Assembly: GCF_009914755.1 (NCBI RefSeq)
Contig: NC_060930.1
From: the human T2T-CHM13v2.0 reference genome, Homo sapiens
Reading direction: 5' to 3' (one strand)
Length of the DNA stretch: 64,000 nucleotides
Made by a program: the position numbers and the translations under genes. Every line of letters starts with the position of its first letter. Within the stretch, counting starts at the first letter, position 1. The notes under the pieces were generated by a model. It was not told the origin of the DNA. It did no database searches and was given only the letters and a program-made list of their open reading frames with translations. Shown here in pieces: positions 1-15,812 of this stretch.

Positions 1-141
1 CCTGAATAATGGGTAAATAAACTATGGTTTGTCTGTAGATAAAATACTCATCGGCCGGTAAATATCATATTATATAAGAATATCAGATAACATAAGAAAA
101 TGTTCTCGGTATATTGTTAGGTAGAAAGAAAAATCAAGTTA

Positions 142-2282
<2,141 letters not shown>

Positions 2283-2382
2283 CTATTTTAAAAAGAGAAA
2301 CTCCAATGGCCATGGCCTGTTTTCTTTCTTCTGTGCTGTGGGTGCCTAACCAAGCAGTGGCAGGCTGTGTGACCAGGGACCT

Positions 2383-2538
2383 ACATAACACCAAGTCCAG
2401 TGGGACTTTAGCTCTGGGCACAAATGTTGCAGAACTGTAAGAACTGCAGGCAGCTGGGGCCCACAAAACATGGACAGATGATGGTGTCCTGACCCTAGGA
2501 GGTATGAATTCAGGTAAGCACTTTATAGTGGACATGAG
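2383..2538 (+). repeat. Copy 1 of a ~155-bp non-Alu direct repeat
   Basis: About 18 mismatches against 3964-4122 by manual alignment. Confidence 0.92.
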
Positions 2539-2603
2539 TTAACAAGGAATCAGCAATTAGTGATCCTTTCCCAATAAGTTATAGAATTTTGTAGAACACT
2601 TAC

Positions 2604-2764
2604 CTTTTCTTCTGGACATGGAGTTATCCATGATTTGCATTTGCCAGTCATGTCACCAAGGGTGGTCTCTTTGCCATTATATACATATACTCGGCCGTCT
2701 TCTCCCCCAATCAGTCCAGAGGTTACATCTGCTATCCTCAGGGGGGCTGCCATGATGATTTCAT
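2604..2764 (-). CDS. GPLD1: GPLD1 exon 22 (161 nt)
   Basis: EIIMAAPLRIADVTSGLIGGEDGRVYVYNGKETTLGDMTGKCKSWITPCPEEK; ttcag / gtaagt. Confidence 0.97.
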
Positions 2765-3140
2765 CTGAAAACAATAAAAACCGACAGAAGGAAGTATTTG
2801 ACTCCTCACTGTCATCTTTTCCTTGTTCCGCTACTGGATCCTAACCCAACCTCTTACAAATAATATTAGTATCTCCTTTAGTCGGCTGTGATTTCATCCT
2901 GGCAAAGGCTTTTGTTTCCTACTTCATTCATCAATAGCAATTACTACAGGTGATTCTCATATTACCAGCTTCAAGAAGTGCAACTCCCTCTCTGGTCTTG
3001 CCTCATTCAAGATCTGTCTAAAGGTCCTTGGGCCACTGGGCTGTCAATTATAAGGGCAGAGCCCAGATGACCCAATTAGGGGACCCACCCCCTGGGCAAA
3101 GGGACTCAATTCTTGTCAAAGGGTCCTGTTCCTTTCTTAC

Positions 3141-3317
3141 CTAAGCCATCATCATCCAGGTCACTCAAGTGCAGAACGCCACCAAATCGGGAGAAGCGGC
3201 GGTCTCCGCTGAAGGTGCTGAGCAGCAGAGGCTGCGCGTCAGATATGAGTGCGTACACGCGAGTGGCTCCGCCTTGGTGTAGGGTCACGGTCAGGAATGC
3301 CACCTTAGACACGTCAT
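3141..3317 (-). CDS. GPLD1: GPLD1 exon 21 (177 nt)
   Basis: DVSKVAFLTVTLHQGGATRVYALISDAQPLLLSTFSGDRRFSRFGGVLHLSDLDDDGL; ttcag / gtaag. Confidence 0.97.
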
Positions 3318-3963
3318 CTGAAACGAACCACAGTTCCTGCTGGCCTCACAGAAAGGAAGGCATTACAGAACACGGAATAGCACCCCATCCTCAAGTGACA
3401 CTGATCACTCGGGATCCTACAGGACAGTCGGTTTCGGTGCTGGTCATCTCCGGCAGTCAGGGAGGTACAACCAGCTTGGGCACCAAGGCACAAACACCAG
3501 AGAGCTTCAGTGATTTCCCTCCAGGCAGGTATTCTTTTTTCCAGTCTTATCCCCATAATACAGTCTCCACACAGCCACCTTTTTATTTTCTCGTATCACA
3601 AACTAGGTCACCCCCATGACTGACACATCCAAACGCAAGTGGACTCTGGATGGAGTCCAAACTCTTCACAAGGCCTTACAGAATCTGACTCCCACTTGGG
3701 GATCTAGCGCCATTAACCTTTTCACCCACACTTCACCAAAATGAACTTAAACCACAGCCCAATCTATGTCTTAAATTTGGGCCTTTGGACATGATGTGCT
3801 CTCTGCCTGGAATAGAGGCATATGCTCCGCGTGCTCCCCTGTCCACATCCCTCTGCTGGCTACTCCTGTCACCCTGCAGAATTTGGCTCAGGTGTCCCCT
3901 CCTCTGGGAAGCCTTTCCTAATCTCGCTGGTCTAGAGAAGAGGCCGCTTCCATGTGCTCCCAT

Positions 3964-4122
3964 ACATAATAACACCGAGTCCAGTGGGACTTTAGCTCTG
4001 GGCACAAACGCTACAGAACTGCAAGAACTGCAGACAGCTGGGGCCCACAAAACATGGGCAAGTGATTGTGTCCTGACCCCAGGACCTCTGAGTTCAGGTA
4101 AGCATTTTACAGGGGACATGAG
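3964..4122 (+). repeat. Copy 2 of the ~155-bp non-Alu direct repeat
   Basis: Shares GTCCAGTGGGACTTTAGCTCTGGGCACAAA, CAGCTGGGGCCCACAAAACATGG and TTCAGGTAAGCA with copy 1. Confidence 0.92.
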
Positions 4123-4791
4123 CTGTGCCCAGTGCCTTCTGAATACCCACGGCAGGGCAGCATCGCTCTGCATTCACTTCTGTGTCTCCTGCATCAGGCG
4201 CCCATTCCACAAGAAATGCGGTCACGTCTCTGTCTCTCTATCCACTGTACCTAGCATGGTGCTTGGTTCTGTACAAGTATTCAATAAAGTGTTTTTTGAA
4301 TTAATGAATTTTGAACAAACTCAAAGCTAGTTGTTGGAATTTCGCTGTAAACTTTATTATTTGGAACACAGCTTTGATTTCAGAAATATAAATGGCACCT
4401 GTGGGTTGATGGGGCTAGTGGCCCTCTGAGAAGTTTGCCGTATGCTGGCAAAGTGTCAGTGTGTGGATACAATCTCACGTCAGCGTCCACTGAGTTTTGT
4501 GTGTAAAACTGAGCTAATCTGACCTGTTTTTTCGGACAAACTTGTGCCTTGTTTATGGGAAACTGTCCACTAGAAGCCACTGAGGGCTCAAAGCAGAGTC
4601 GGCAACAACAGTCAGATATAACAGCTAGAAAACAGTAGGAAATAAGAAAGAGTATTTTAAAAGCTCAGCAATCTGGAGCTTTCTGATACAGGGCAAACAA
4701 CATGACCTAACACAATGTCTCCTAAGAGAACAATGTGCCAGCACAACAGTTAATATTCAGAGTGAAAGCCCAAAATATCAAGAAAAGTTGA

Positions 4792-5015
<224 letters not shown>

Positions 5016-5838
5016 TAGCCAGGATGGTCTTGATCTCCTGACCTCGTGATCTGCCTGCCTCAGTCTCCCAAAAGTGCTGGGATTACAGGTGCAAGCCACC
5101 AAGCCCAGCCACATTCCCTTTCTTTTCGTGCCTCCTAAAGGAACCATGAGCTCCCTGGAGCGCCCAGGAATCCAGTAACACTTCCAGCTCTCTGTCTACT
5201 CCCTGCTTCAGTCCTTCCATGGCAAGAGGATACCTGAGGCTTCTCCCTCTGGCTCTGCCGCCCACAGGATGAACACTGGCCCCAGTGCATGTGGGAGAAT
5301 CTCAGAGAAGTCACCCCAAGGTCTAGCTTTCGGAGCAAGAATTAGAAAGCCTGAATAGGGCTGCCCATTGAGACTGTGTTCTCTAATCCAACTATGTCAG
5401 CTCTTCAAAAGTACATATTTTGATATCCCTCTGAATGATTCATGAATCTATTTCAGAAATGATTTGAAATGCACAAGGATGAGGAAGAATTGTAATTAAT
5501 CAATACTCCCAAATCTCTAACACGCATCACAGTCTGTTAAAGAAGAGAAGCATATAATTTAAAATAATTTCATCAAAGTGTTTTTTTAATTCTTCAGAAT
5601 TAAAACAGAAGAATCTAGACACTTGGAAATTTCAGCCATTCAAAACACCTCACCTTCTCAATCATGCAAATTAAACAATGGATTATCATACACATTTAGA
5701 CAAGGAGAAAAAACTCAAGGTAATGTTGTAGGCATTTCTATATTATTTCAGTACTGAAAATAATTCTGAAGAACTTTGGCTTTTAAAAGGGCTACATGCA
5801 GAGGCCTTTATGAATTCCCAAATTCTAGAATGCTACTA

Positions 5839-5912
5839 TAACACAGAATTCCTTCTGTAATGCTTATACCTTCTAGTTAACATAGAATTCCTTCTGTAAT
5901 GCTTAAACCCTC
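5839..5912 (+). repeat. 39-bp tandem duplication
   Basis: TAACA(C/T)AGAATTCCTTCTGTAATGCTTA(T/A)ACC at 5839 and 5878. Confidence 0.9.
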
Positions 5913-6958
5913 TGATTAAGGACCATTATCTTTTAGACCTCCATATTGCCTTAATTTCTGCCACGAGCACTAGTCCCTAGGGTTGTGTTTGGGATGCAGG
6001 GGTGGTGGGTATTTTTTAAATACACACACAAGTGTTTTACTTCTCATGTGGAACTTTTCTTCCAGTGGAGGGAGCAGAAAACAAAAGAGCTATTGTGAAA
6101 CACAGGTGCATCTCACCAACTCTACTCTCTTGAAAACCACAGGAAAGAGGATATCATCTTGTAATGTGGTTCATATTTGTGTCTCAGAAAAACTATAAAC
6201 TTGCCAGGCATGGTGGCTCATGCCTATAATCCCAGCACTTTGGGAGGCTGAGGCAGGAGGATCACTTCAGCTCATGAGTTCAAGACCAGCCTGGGAAATG
6301 CAGTGAGACCCCATCACTACAAAAAGTAGGGTGTGGTGGCATGTGCCTGTAGTCTGACCTACTCAAGAGGCTTGAGGCGGCAGGATCGCTTGACCTCAGG
6401 TGTTCAAGGTAACAGTGAGCTGTGATCACACCATTGAACTCCAGCCTGGGCAACAGAGCAAGACCCTATGGCTTAAAAAGAAAAAGAAAAATTATCAACT
6501 GTAAGTTACTTAATGTCACCAGCTTTCAGGATTACTGCAAAAGTCAAAACTATGAAGATGTCAAGAAGATCTTTTATATTTGATCATTATCAAAAGTGTA
6601 AAAAATACTCAAAAAAAAAAAAAAAAAAAAAAAAGAAGCATAATCCAGGTGTTGTGGCACATGCCTGTGGTCCCGGCTACTTGTGAACCTGAGATGGGAG
6701 GATCACTTGAGCCCAGAAGTTCATGGCCAGCCTCGGCAACATAGCAAGACTCCAACTATTAAAAAAAAAAAAAAAAGCATAAAGAAGAAAATGTATATAC
6801 TATATATATTTCTTTCTGGAAAGTGAGATAGGTAGGTAGGTAGGCAGATATCTATAAACACACATTTTAAACAAAATGGAGATTTTGTGGATTATAAAAT
6901 TTTAAATCTGATTCTTTTCACATTTAGGCTATTTCTAGCTTTTTACTACTATAAACAA

Positions 6959-7058
6959 TACAGCCATCCCTCAGTATCCACGAAGGATTGGTTCCAGGGC
7001 CTCTCACAGATACCAAAATCCATGGATGTTCAAGCCCCTGATATAAAATGGTATAGTG
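6959..7058. mobile_element. MER2/Tigger terminal fragment
   Basis: TACAGCCATCCCTCAGTATCCAC...GATACCAAAATCCATGGATG. Confidence 0.6.
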
Positions 7059-7979
7059 ACTGGGCGCAGTGGCTCACGCCTGTAATCCCAGCACTGTGGG
7101 AGGCCGAGGCGGGCGGATCACCTGACATCGGGAGTTTGAGACCAGCCTGGCCAACATGGTGAAACTCCATCTCTACTAAAAATAAAAAAAAAAAAATAGC
7201 TGGGCATGGTGGTGCATGCCTGTAGTTCCAGCTACTCAGGAGAATGAAACAGGAGAACTGCTTGAACCTGGGAGGCAGAGGCTGCAGTGAGCTTGAGATC
7301 ACACCACTACATTCCAGCCTGGGCAAGAGAGCGAGACTCTATCTCAAAAAAAAAAAAAAAAGTATATCAAAAATCTCAAATTTAGATTAATCTGTGCCTT
7401 ATAGCTGTGATTCCCAAACTGCACACTGAAGCGCTTCAGTGAACTGGCAAAGATGCTGTAGATATTTTGACATTTCAAAGATAACAGTGACATCTGACAC
7501 CACACGAACTACTGGGTGGAGGCCGGTCACAGTTACGACACGAGAGTCCTGCATTCGTTTCAGTGATGCCACATCTTTGCAAAGCTGCATATTCAGGGAT
7601 GGTTGTGATAAAAAGCAGGCACTAATGAAAAAATTGCTGTGGATTAGGAAATGAGGAAAGTTGTGTCTAACCTGATTCCAAGACTTGAAAAGCTGTACAG
7701 TGCCGAGAGAAGCTAAGTGGTTAGGACATAAATGCAGGGCATGTGCCCCTGTGGTCACACAGGCACTGCATTTCGAAAGGACCTATGCCTGTCTTCATGT
7801 TGTCCTGTCTCTGACTTGAAATTGTCAACAATGTTTTAACAAGGGGCCCTGCATTTTTATTTGGAACTGGGCCCCGCAAACTGTGTGGGTGAAATACAAG
7901 TAAAATACAAGTAATAATGGGAAAATCTGAACAATTTGGGTGAAATATATCAATAACAATAACCTGATGGTGACATTAA

Positions 7980-8140
7980 TTCATATTTATATATAATATA
8001 TAGTTATATATACATTCATACATTATATATAGACACATACATGTATATATAATATATACATATTATATACATTTATATTATATATTAGTATACTTATACA
8101 CACTTTATAAATTAGCATATTATATACATACATAAAAGTT
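7980..8140. repeat. AT-rich (TA)n low-complexity tract
   Basis: Degenerate TATA/TACA repeats. Confidence 0.85.
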
Positions 8141-8429
8141 ATAATTAAACTTATTTTCTATTATTATTTATCTTTTAAAAAATAGGGTCTCACTCTGTTG
8201 CCCAGGCTGGAGTGCAGTGGGTGTGATCATAGCTCACTGCAGCCTTGAACTCCTGGGCTCAAGTGATCTTCCCACCTCAGCCTTCTCAGTAGATGGAACT
8301 ACATGTGCCCATCACTATGCCTACCTTTTTTTCTTTTTCTGTAGAGATGGGGTCTCCCTATATTGTCCAGGCTGGCCTCAAATTCTTGGGCTCAAGCAAT
8401 CTTCCCACCTTAGTCTGCTGAGTAGCTAG

Positions 8430-8648
<219 letters not shown>

Positions 8649-8737
8649 TAGTAGAGACAGGGTTTCACCGTGTTAGCCAGGATGGTCTCGATCACCTGAC
8701 CTCATGATCCACCCACCTCAGCCTCCCAAAGTGCTAA

Positions 8738-8899
<162 letters not shown>

Positions 8900-9096
8900 T
8901 GACCTTCTATTTTATATTGGACTTTATCATAGGAAAAAAAATTATCAAGAGAGTAAGGGCACCAAAACCAAGAAAGTTTGAGAAACTCTAATTCACAACA
9001 CTTGGGTAGAAAGAGTGGTGAAGAAAATAAAGTTAATAATGTGTGTTGCAAGAGCTTAGAAATCATTCCCTAGACTCTGAAAAGCAAAAATGATTC

Positions 9097-9597
9097 TGTG
9101 GCTGACTGCTATGGTTACTACTTGAGACCGTCATCACAGCAATTACTACTGTTACTGCTTGAGAGCGTCATTACAAGACTGAACCAAGGAGGACGAACGT
9201 AGAAATGAAAACTTGAAGCAAAAGAAACTGTTTTAAAGGAAGGGGAACCGAGGAAGAAGAGAGCTCCCGGCTTCTAGTGAGCAAAGGCAGCTAGCTCCCG
9301 AGCTTCCACAGCCCTTCCCATTTATTGGTTAGCAAAAGCAGGGAGGAGGAGGTAACGATTGGTCAGCTGCTTAATTGATCACAGGTTCATATTATTATTA
9401 ACAGGCTTCAGATGTGCCTAATCACAAGAAACACGGCACTTGGGGCGTGACTGCCCTCAGCTTTCCTTCTGGGTGGCAAATGCAGTTTGTCAGTTTGCCA
9501 ACATTCTGCATTTATGAGAAACAGTTTTGCTGCTTACTCAAATAGCCTCCAGTGGTATACTGAGTTATCACGACCCTCATTCTTTTGGCTTCCAACA
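9097..9597 (-). mobile_element. Solo ERVK-class LTR (LTR3/HML-6-like)
   Basis: TG...CA ends, 501 bp, perfect 6-bp TSD TGATTC (9091-9096, 9598-9603) typical of betaretrovirus-like ERVs; family name from memory. Confidence 0.75.
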
Positions 9598-10974
9598 TGA
9601 TTCCAAAGCTAAGTCAGCACTTTTTTTTTGTTATAATGCTGTGTCTTCGATTTAATGAAAAATTTAGCCATTCCTTTGCCTAATCCACTTGTTTTTTTGT
9701 TTTTTTGTTTTTGAGACTGAGTCTCACTCTGTCACCCAGGCTGGAGTGCAGTGGTGTCATCTTGGCTCAGTGCAACCTCTGCCTCCAGGGTTCAAGCAAT
9801 TGTTGTGGTTCAGGCTCAGGAGTAGCTGGGATTACAGGAGCGTGCCACTATGCCTGGCTAATTTGTGTATTTTTAGTAGGTTTAGACAGGTTTCACCATG
9901 TTGGCCAGGCTGGTCTCTAACTCCTGACCTCAACTGATCCACCCACCTCTGCCTCCCAAAGTGCCAGGATTACAGGCGTGAGCCACTGCACCCCGCCTGT
10001 CTGACCCACTTCTGCTTATTATTCAAATCTTTCCCATATTGCAAGAAACAACAATCTTTCTGAAAAATAGTTTGATGATATATAACAAGAGCTTTTAGAA
10101 AGATTAGAACCTCTACTCCAGTAATTCCATCTCCAGGAATCTATCCAAAAAACTAATCAGAAAGGCAGTCAAAGACTAGGTACATGAGTGTTCAATAATT
10201 ACTTATTCACAATAGTGTGAAACTGGAAACGAGCCTACAATTCCAGCAACAGGATGATGTTAGTAAATGCTGGCATTAAAAAAATGCAATGCAGATATCA
10301 AAAGTCATGTTTTAGAAGAATATTTACTACCATGAGAATGTGCTTAAGATATAAGTAAAAAAATTAGGCATGACAATATCATATATAGTATAAGCTTCAG
10401 TTTTTAAATATCTGGGTAAGGGGTGTTTTTTTTTTCCTTCTATATATTTCCTTGTATTTTCAGAAGTTTCCACAATAAGCATAATTCACCTTTATAATCT
10501 GGGAGGAAATGGTTCTTATTTATTTATTTTTTTAAAGACTATCTTTCCCATAAAGTAAACAAAATAATGGTTTATATAAAGTATGTTTTCAGGGGTGGGT
10601 GCAGTGGATCATGCCTGTAATCCCAGCACTTTGGGAGACCAAGGTGGGAGGATTACTTGAGCCCAGGAGTTAGAGACCAGTCTGGCCAACATGTTGAGAC
10701 CCTCTCACTACAAAAAATAAAAAATTAGATAATGTGGTGGCTGACTGCCTGTAGTCGCAGCTACTCAGGAGGCTGAGGTGCAAGGTTCACTTTGCCCAGG
10801 AGGTCAAGGCTGCCATAAGCCATAATCACACCGCTGCACTCCAGCCTGGGCGACACAGCAAGACTGTCTCAAAAAAGAAAAATAAAAGATAGGTCCTCAT
10901 AGTGGACCTATTCCTAGTGAACTGACCTATACAATTTTTCTCTGGCTCCAAGTTCCATGGGATAGGGGCTTTAA

Positions 10975-11424
<450 letters not shown>

Positions 11425-11567
11425 TTACACAGAATGTTATTAATGAAAAAAGGAAATATTGAAACCTAGATCTGTTCAGCTCCAGATCTCATCACTTTCC
11501 TCCAATACGACGTGTACAAGCAGCCACATGACTGAAAGGAAGCACAGTTTCACAGTGTGTGACCTAC

Positions 11568-11661
11568 CGTACGTAGGGGCTCCAACCAGCAGCACTTGTT
11601 TCAGAGTCCCATTCATCAGTACGTGGCCACTGGAAAGGGAAGTACCCAGTTTCCCCATTGC
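11568..11661 (-). CDS. GPLD1: GPLD1 exon 20 (94 nt)
   Basis: AMGKLGTSLSSGHVLMNGTLKQVLLVGAPTY; cacag / gtaggt; preceded by an 86-nt intron. Confidence 0.96.
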
Positions 11662-11747
11662 CTGTGAGACACAATAAATCAATATTGTATAGGTGAGAAA
11701 ACTTCCTTGGAGTGTCCACTCTCCTGTGTGGGGAGGGCTTGTCATAC

Positions 11748-11853
11748 CTTGTCTCCAGAAATGGTAAACCAGCTTTGGCCGTTTGGTGGGAAGTAGCCAT
11801 ACACCCTCCCAAGGCTCTTTTTCTCATCTCGGATGTGTAACAAATGGCCCAGC
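11748..11853 (-). CDS. GPLD1: GPLD1 exon 19 (106 nt)
   Basis: LGHLLHIRDEKKSLGRVYGYFPPNGQSWFTISGDK; tctag / gtatga. Confidence 0.96.
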
Positions 11854-12116
11854 CTAGAATGAAGCACACTGGGCTTAGCTGCCAGGGCACAAGACTGACA
11901 GCTGGCCAGGTACTCAGGAGCAAGGAAAGGAAATGCACCTCCCCCCATCCAGGCCTCCCAGCAGGCTCTGTCTCTGTGACCCCAGGCCTGGAAGTGTGGG
12001 GACTATTGGAGTTAATCGCAACATCCAGGCTCTCCAGGTGCCACACCCACCATCCTGCCTCCCAACTGACAGGCCTCCCAGCAGACTCTCTGGGATAGAG
12101 ATATAGGGGTACCTAC

Positions 12117-12690
12117 TGTTATGGGCTCAGTGGTGGTCCCCCCGATCCCTACACTGAAGCCCTAACCCCCAGTATCTCTGAATGTGACTACTTGAAGACA
12201 GAGTCTTTAAAGAGGTGATTAAGTTACGATGAGGTCATTTGGGTGGATCCTGATCCAATAGGACTGGTGTCTTTCAAAGAAGAGGAGAGGCAGGAGGATC
12301 ACTTGAGGCCAGTTTGAGACGAGCCTGGGCAACACTGCAAAAACCCATCCCTATAAAAATGTTTTTAAATTAAAAAAAAAAAATTAGCTAGGCATGGGCA
12401 CACACGACTTGTAGTCCCAGCTATTCAGGAGGCCGAGGCAGGAGGACGAGTTCGAGCCTGCAGTGAGTTACCACTGCCCTCTGCCCTTTGCAACAGAGTG
12501 AACCCTCACCCCCTCCTCCCAAAAGAAAAAACAGAAGTGAGGAATGGGGCACAGACACACAGAGAGGGAAGACAGCCATCTGCAAGCCAAGGAGACAGGC
12601 CTCAGGAGAAACCAACCCTCTGACCTCAACCTTGATCTTGGACGTCTAGCTTCCAGAACTGTGAGAAAATAATACACTTGTCTATTGTAT
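12117..12690 (+). mobile_element. MLT1-type MaLR LTR interrupted by an Alu
   Basis: TGTTATGGGCT...CCCTAACCCCCAGTA...TTTAAAGAGGTGATTAAG...CTTCCAGAACTGTGAGAAAATAA; Alu piece at about 12290-12530. Confidence 0.75.
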
Positions 12691-12860
12691 TTTTAAATTT
12701 CTAAGGAGGAGAATTTGCAATCTTGCCCAGAGCCTTGGCTTTTCCTTCAAAAGTCAAGCATTTCCTAGCCCTTTTCCCTCAGCCTCATGCTCAGTGCGCT
12801 CCATAGCAGCAGGTACCTGCCCCTGTGTTCATGGTTCCCAGCCCCCAGCATCAGCCTCAC

Positions 12861-13002
12861 CTGCTGGCATTCTTCCAGGTCGGGCTCCCAACCAACAGCA
12901 AGGTTCTGTTGTCCACAGTGACACCGTGAAGGGAATATCCAAACCAGGAGAAGTCTTCCTCGCCTCTCACCGTCCAGTTGGCTGCCTCCACGTTCAGTTT
13001 TT
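12861..13002 (-). CDS. GPLD1: GPLD1 exon 18 (142 nt)
   Basis: KLNVEAANWTVRGEEDFSWFGYSLHGVTVDNRTLLLVGSPTWKNAS; tttag / gtgag. Confidence 0.96.
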
Positions 13003-13900
13003 CTAAAGAAGACAACTCATCCTTTTTACTAATACTTTAAGTGAGAGGACTACTGGGATGAAAAGAAAGGGTCCTTCTCGTAGCCTAATAGAAGTGGGTT
13101 CATTTTGCTGAGTTTTTGCCAGAGGTCTTATATGTCCCCATGCTGATCCCAGGACCCCAATGTCATTGAATCTCACTCTTCATACAAGAAATACATTTCT
13201 AGAGCTCACTTCTGTGGAGCAGAGGATGCTATTTAAAAAGGCTCTGGGCCAGGTGCGGTGGCTCACACCTGTAATCCCAGCACTTTGGGACGCCGAGGTG
13301 GGTGGATCACCAGAGGTCAGGAGTTCAAGACCAGCCTGACCAATATGATGAAACCCCGTCTCTACTAAAAATACAAAAATTAGCCGGGCATGGTGGCATG
13401 CGCCTGTAGTCCCCACCTGTAGTCCCAGCTACTCAGGAGGCTGAGACAGAATTGCTTAAACCTGGGAGGTGGAGGTTGTAGTGAGCCAAGATTATGCTAC
13501 TGCACTCCAGCCTGGGTGACACAGGGAGACTCTGTCTCAAAAAAAAAGAAAAAACAACAATAACAACAACAACAACAACAACAGCTATGGACAGTCGAGA
13601 GCACCACTGAGATGCCTCCGGTGCAAAGCCTCCTCAGTGTTTCTGTTTTACATGGAGACACTATGGGAATAGTCTATTTGCCCTCTTTGGCTCTCTACCT
13701 AGAAACTGTGGGTCACCTTTTGTATTTTCAGTGAATCTATGCACATCACTTGCCAACACATCTTTAAGAGTAACAGACTGTTAGAAAATGTTGGTGAAAT
13801 GATATGGAATAAGGAAAAAGGATATAAACCCCTATGCAGGATAAGTTGTCGTAGACCCACAGAGCAGCCATGGTCTCACCCATTCCCCCTCAGGCACTAC

Positions 13901-14057
13901 CTTTGTCGCTCAGGCTGGGGCCAGAATAAAACGCAGCCACAATTCCCTTCTGCTTCCCTCCACCTGGTGCAAAAGGGGAGCCGATGACCAGATCGGGTTC
14001 ACTGTCTCCATTCACATCTGCAGCCAAGAGAGTCCAGCCCAAGTTACAGTAGATGTC
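13901..14057 (-). CDS. GPLD1: GPLD1 exon 17 (157 nt), FG-GAP repeat
   Basis: DIYCNLGWTLLAADVNGDSEPDLVIGSPFAPGGGKQKGIVAAFYSGPSLSDK; ttaag / gtagt. Confidence 0.96.
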
Positions 14058-14157
14058 CTTAAGAAGAAACCAGGAAAGCACATTTTACCCAGCCCTGGTG
14101 GCAGTTAGGATACAGCGAGTTCTAGGTTTCTGCACCTGGCTAAAGTGGTAAACATAC

Positions 14158-14232
14158 CTGGCAAGAAATGGTGATGTTAGGGGAAGAAGACATTCCTCCT
14201 TGTTTGGAACCAAAGTAGACATACACGGCACC
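14158..14232 (-). CDS. GPLD1: GPLD1 exon 16 (75 nt)
   Basis: GAVYVYFGSKQGGMSSSPNITISCQ; tctag / gtatgt. Confidence 0.95.
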
Positions 14233-15812
14233 CTAGATAAGGACAAACAGCAGATAGACATGAGGCTCTGGTGGTGACCCAAGAACCTTAAATAACAGAA
14301 GATAAAAAGGACTGACTCTGGGTCCAGGTATGGTGGCTGATGTCTATAATCCCAGTGCTTTGGGAGGCCCAAGTGGGAACATTGCTTGAGGCCAGGAGTT
14401 CAAGAGCAGCCTCGAAAACACAGTGAGATCCTGTGTCCACGAAAAAAACTTTTAATTAAAGCGAGACCTTGTCAAATTATCACCACCCCCAATGATTGGG
14501 AGCTTAATGACAGACAGAAATCCATTCTGTGCATTGCTGCTGGGCTGAAAGGAATTTTTTTAAAGTCTGTCACTTCCATCAGACTATGAGAGTCCACAAT
14601 GCAGAAATGATGTCATTTATATCTTTGCCTCCCTGATGTCTTACTCAAGATCCTCCACACACAATTGTGCAGTGTGCTTGCAGAATGACTTACTCAACTC
14701 CTTGCCCACTTCAAGGACCAGCACAGTTTCAGGCTCTTCCATGAAGCCCCCGGGCCACAGCCTGTTGTACCCATGGCACATCTGAATGCCAACATACCAC
14801 ATCTGTACCACTTACCTGCCTGAGGATACACACTGTGCTATTTTATTCTGTGTTACCAATCAGTTCCTCTTATAACTTGCCTGTCTCCATCCCCATTCAT
14901 TCTACAAGCACTTCTTTTCCATCATAAGCCAGGTACTAGGTACACAATGACAAATAAGACCAATCTCTTTCCTCCTGAAAGGCTGGCACACAGGTCATTA
15001 TGACACCCAGGGAAGAAGGGGATATAACAGGTACAAGCACAGGATGCTAAGTGGGGACAAGGAAGTATCAGCCTCGCCCAGGAGTTAGGTAATAGTTTCT
15101 GCAAGAAGTGACATGTCACTCCTAAAGAAAGACAGGGGAGAAAAAGCTTTTCAAGCAGAGGAAACTGTACGAGCAAAGGTCGCAAAGTGAGACAGCCTGA
15201 TGAGTTCAGGACGTGACAGACTGCTGGCATGTCTAGAAATGGAGTGTGAGGAGGAAGGGGCAAGAGTTGAGTCTGCAGAGGGCAGCTGGCAAGGGAGGGC
15301 CCTCGACCTCCACAGTCACACATGGTGCCCGGATGCGTGGTCCCTGCTATGGTAGGAAGCATCTGTGGGAAGCAAGCAAGCCCTGTGGGCCAGGGTCCAG
15401 GATCTCTAACTCAGTAAGAAAGGAGGCAACAGGCGGGGATCCACCATTTGAGGAGAGGCCCAGGGAAGTCACCTCGCTGTTGTGATAACCAGAAACTACA
15501 GATGAGCTGGGATTTCTGTCTCCCTTCACTGGCATTCAGCATGGTGGGGGATGAAAAAAAGGGCTAAGTACCTGGTGGAATTGGGAAACCATAGGGCCAA
15601 AATAAGGCCAGGGAGGCAGCAGCAGGTGCTACAAGGTAACTCAAGGTCACGGCAAGAACCCCATAGGGGCCTGAGATTATCTGCTCACAAATGCTCTGTC
15701 TCACACACTGGCTGTCTGCTTTGCTCCAGGGGCTCATCCCAGCGTTGGCCTCCCTCAGAGTCCCCTCCCTGCCACCCCATTCTCCTCCAACCCTATCCAG
15801 CAGCAGCCTTAC

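Noticed and set aside
3113-4330. 168 and 181 aa + strand ORFs
   Set aside because: Antisense to exon 21 or running through an L2 relic and the duplicated unit; no domain features
11563-11577. CCTAC/GTAGG hairpin over the exon 20 donor
   Set aside because: 5-bp stem, too weak and expected by chance
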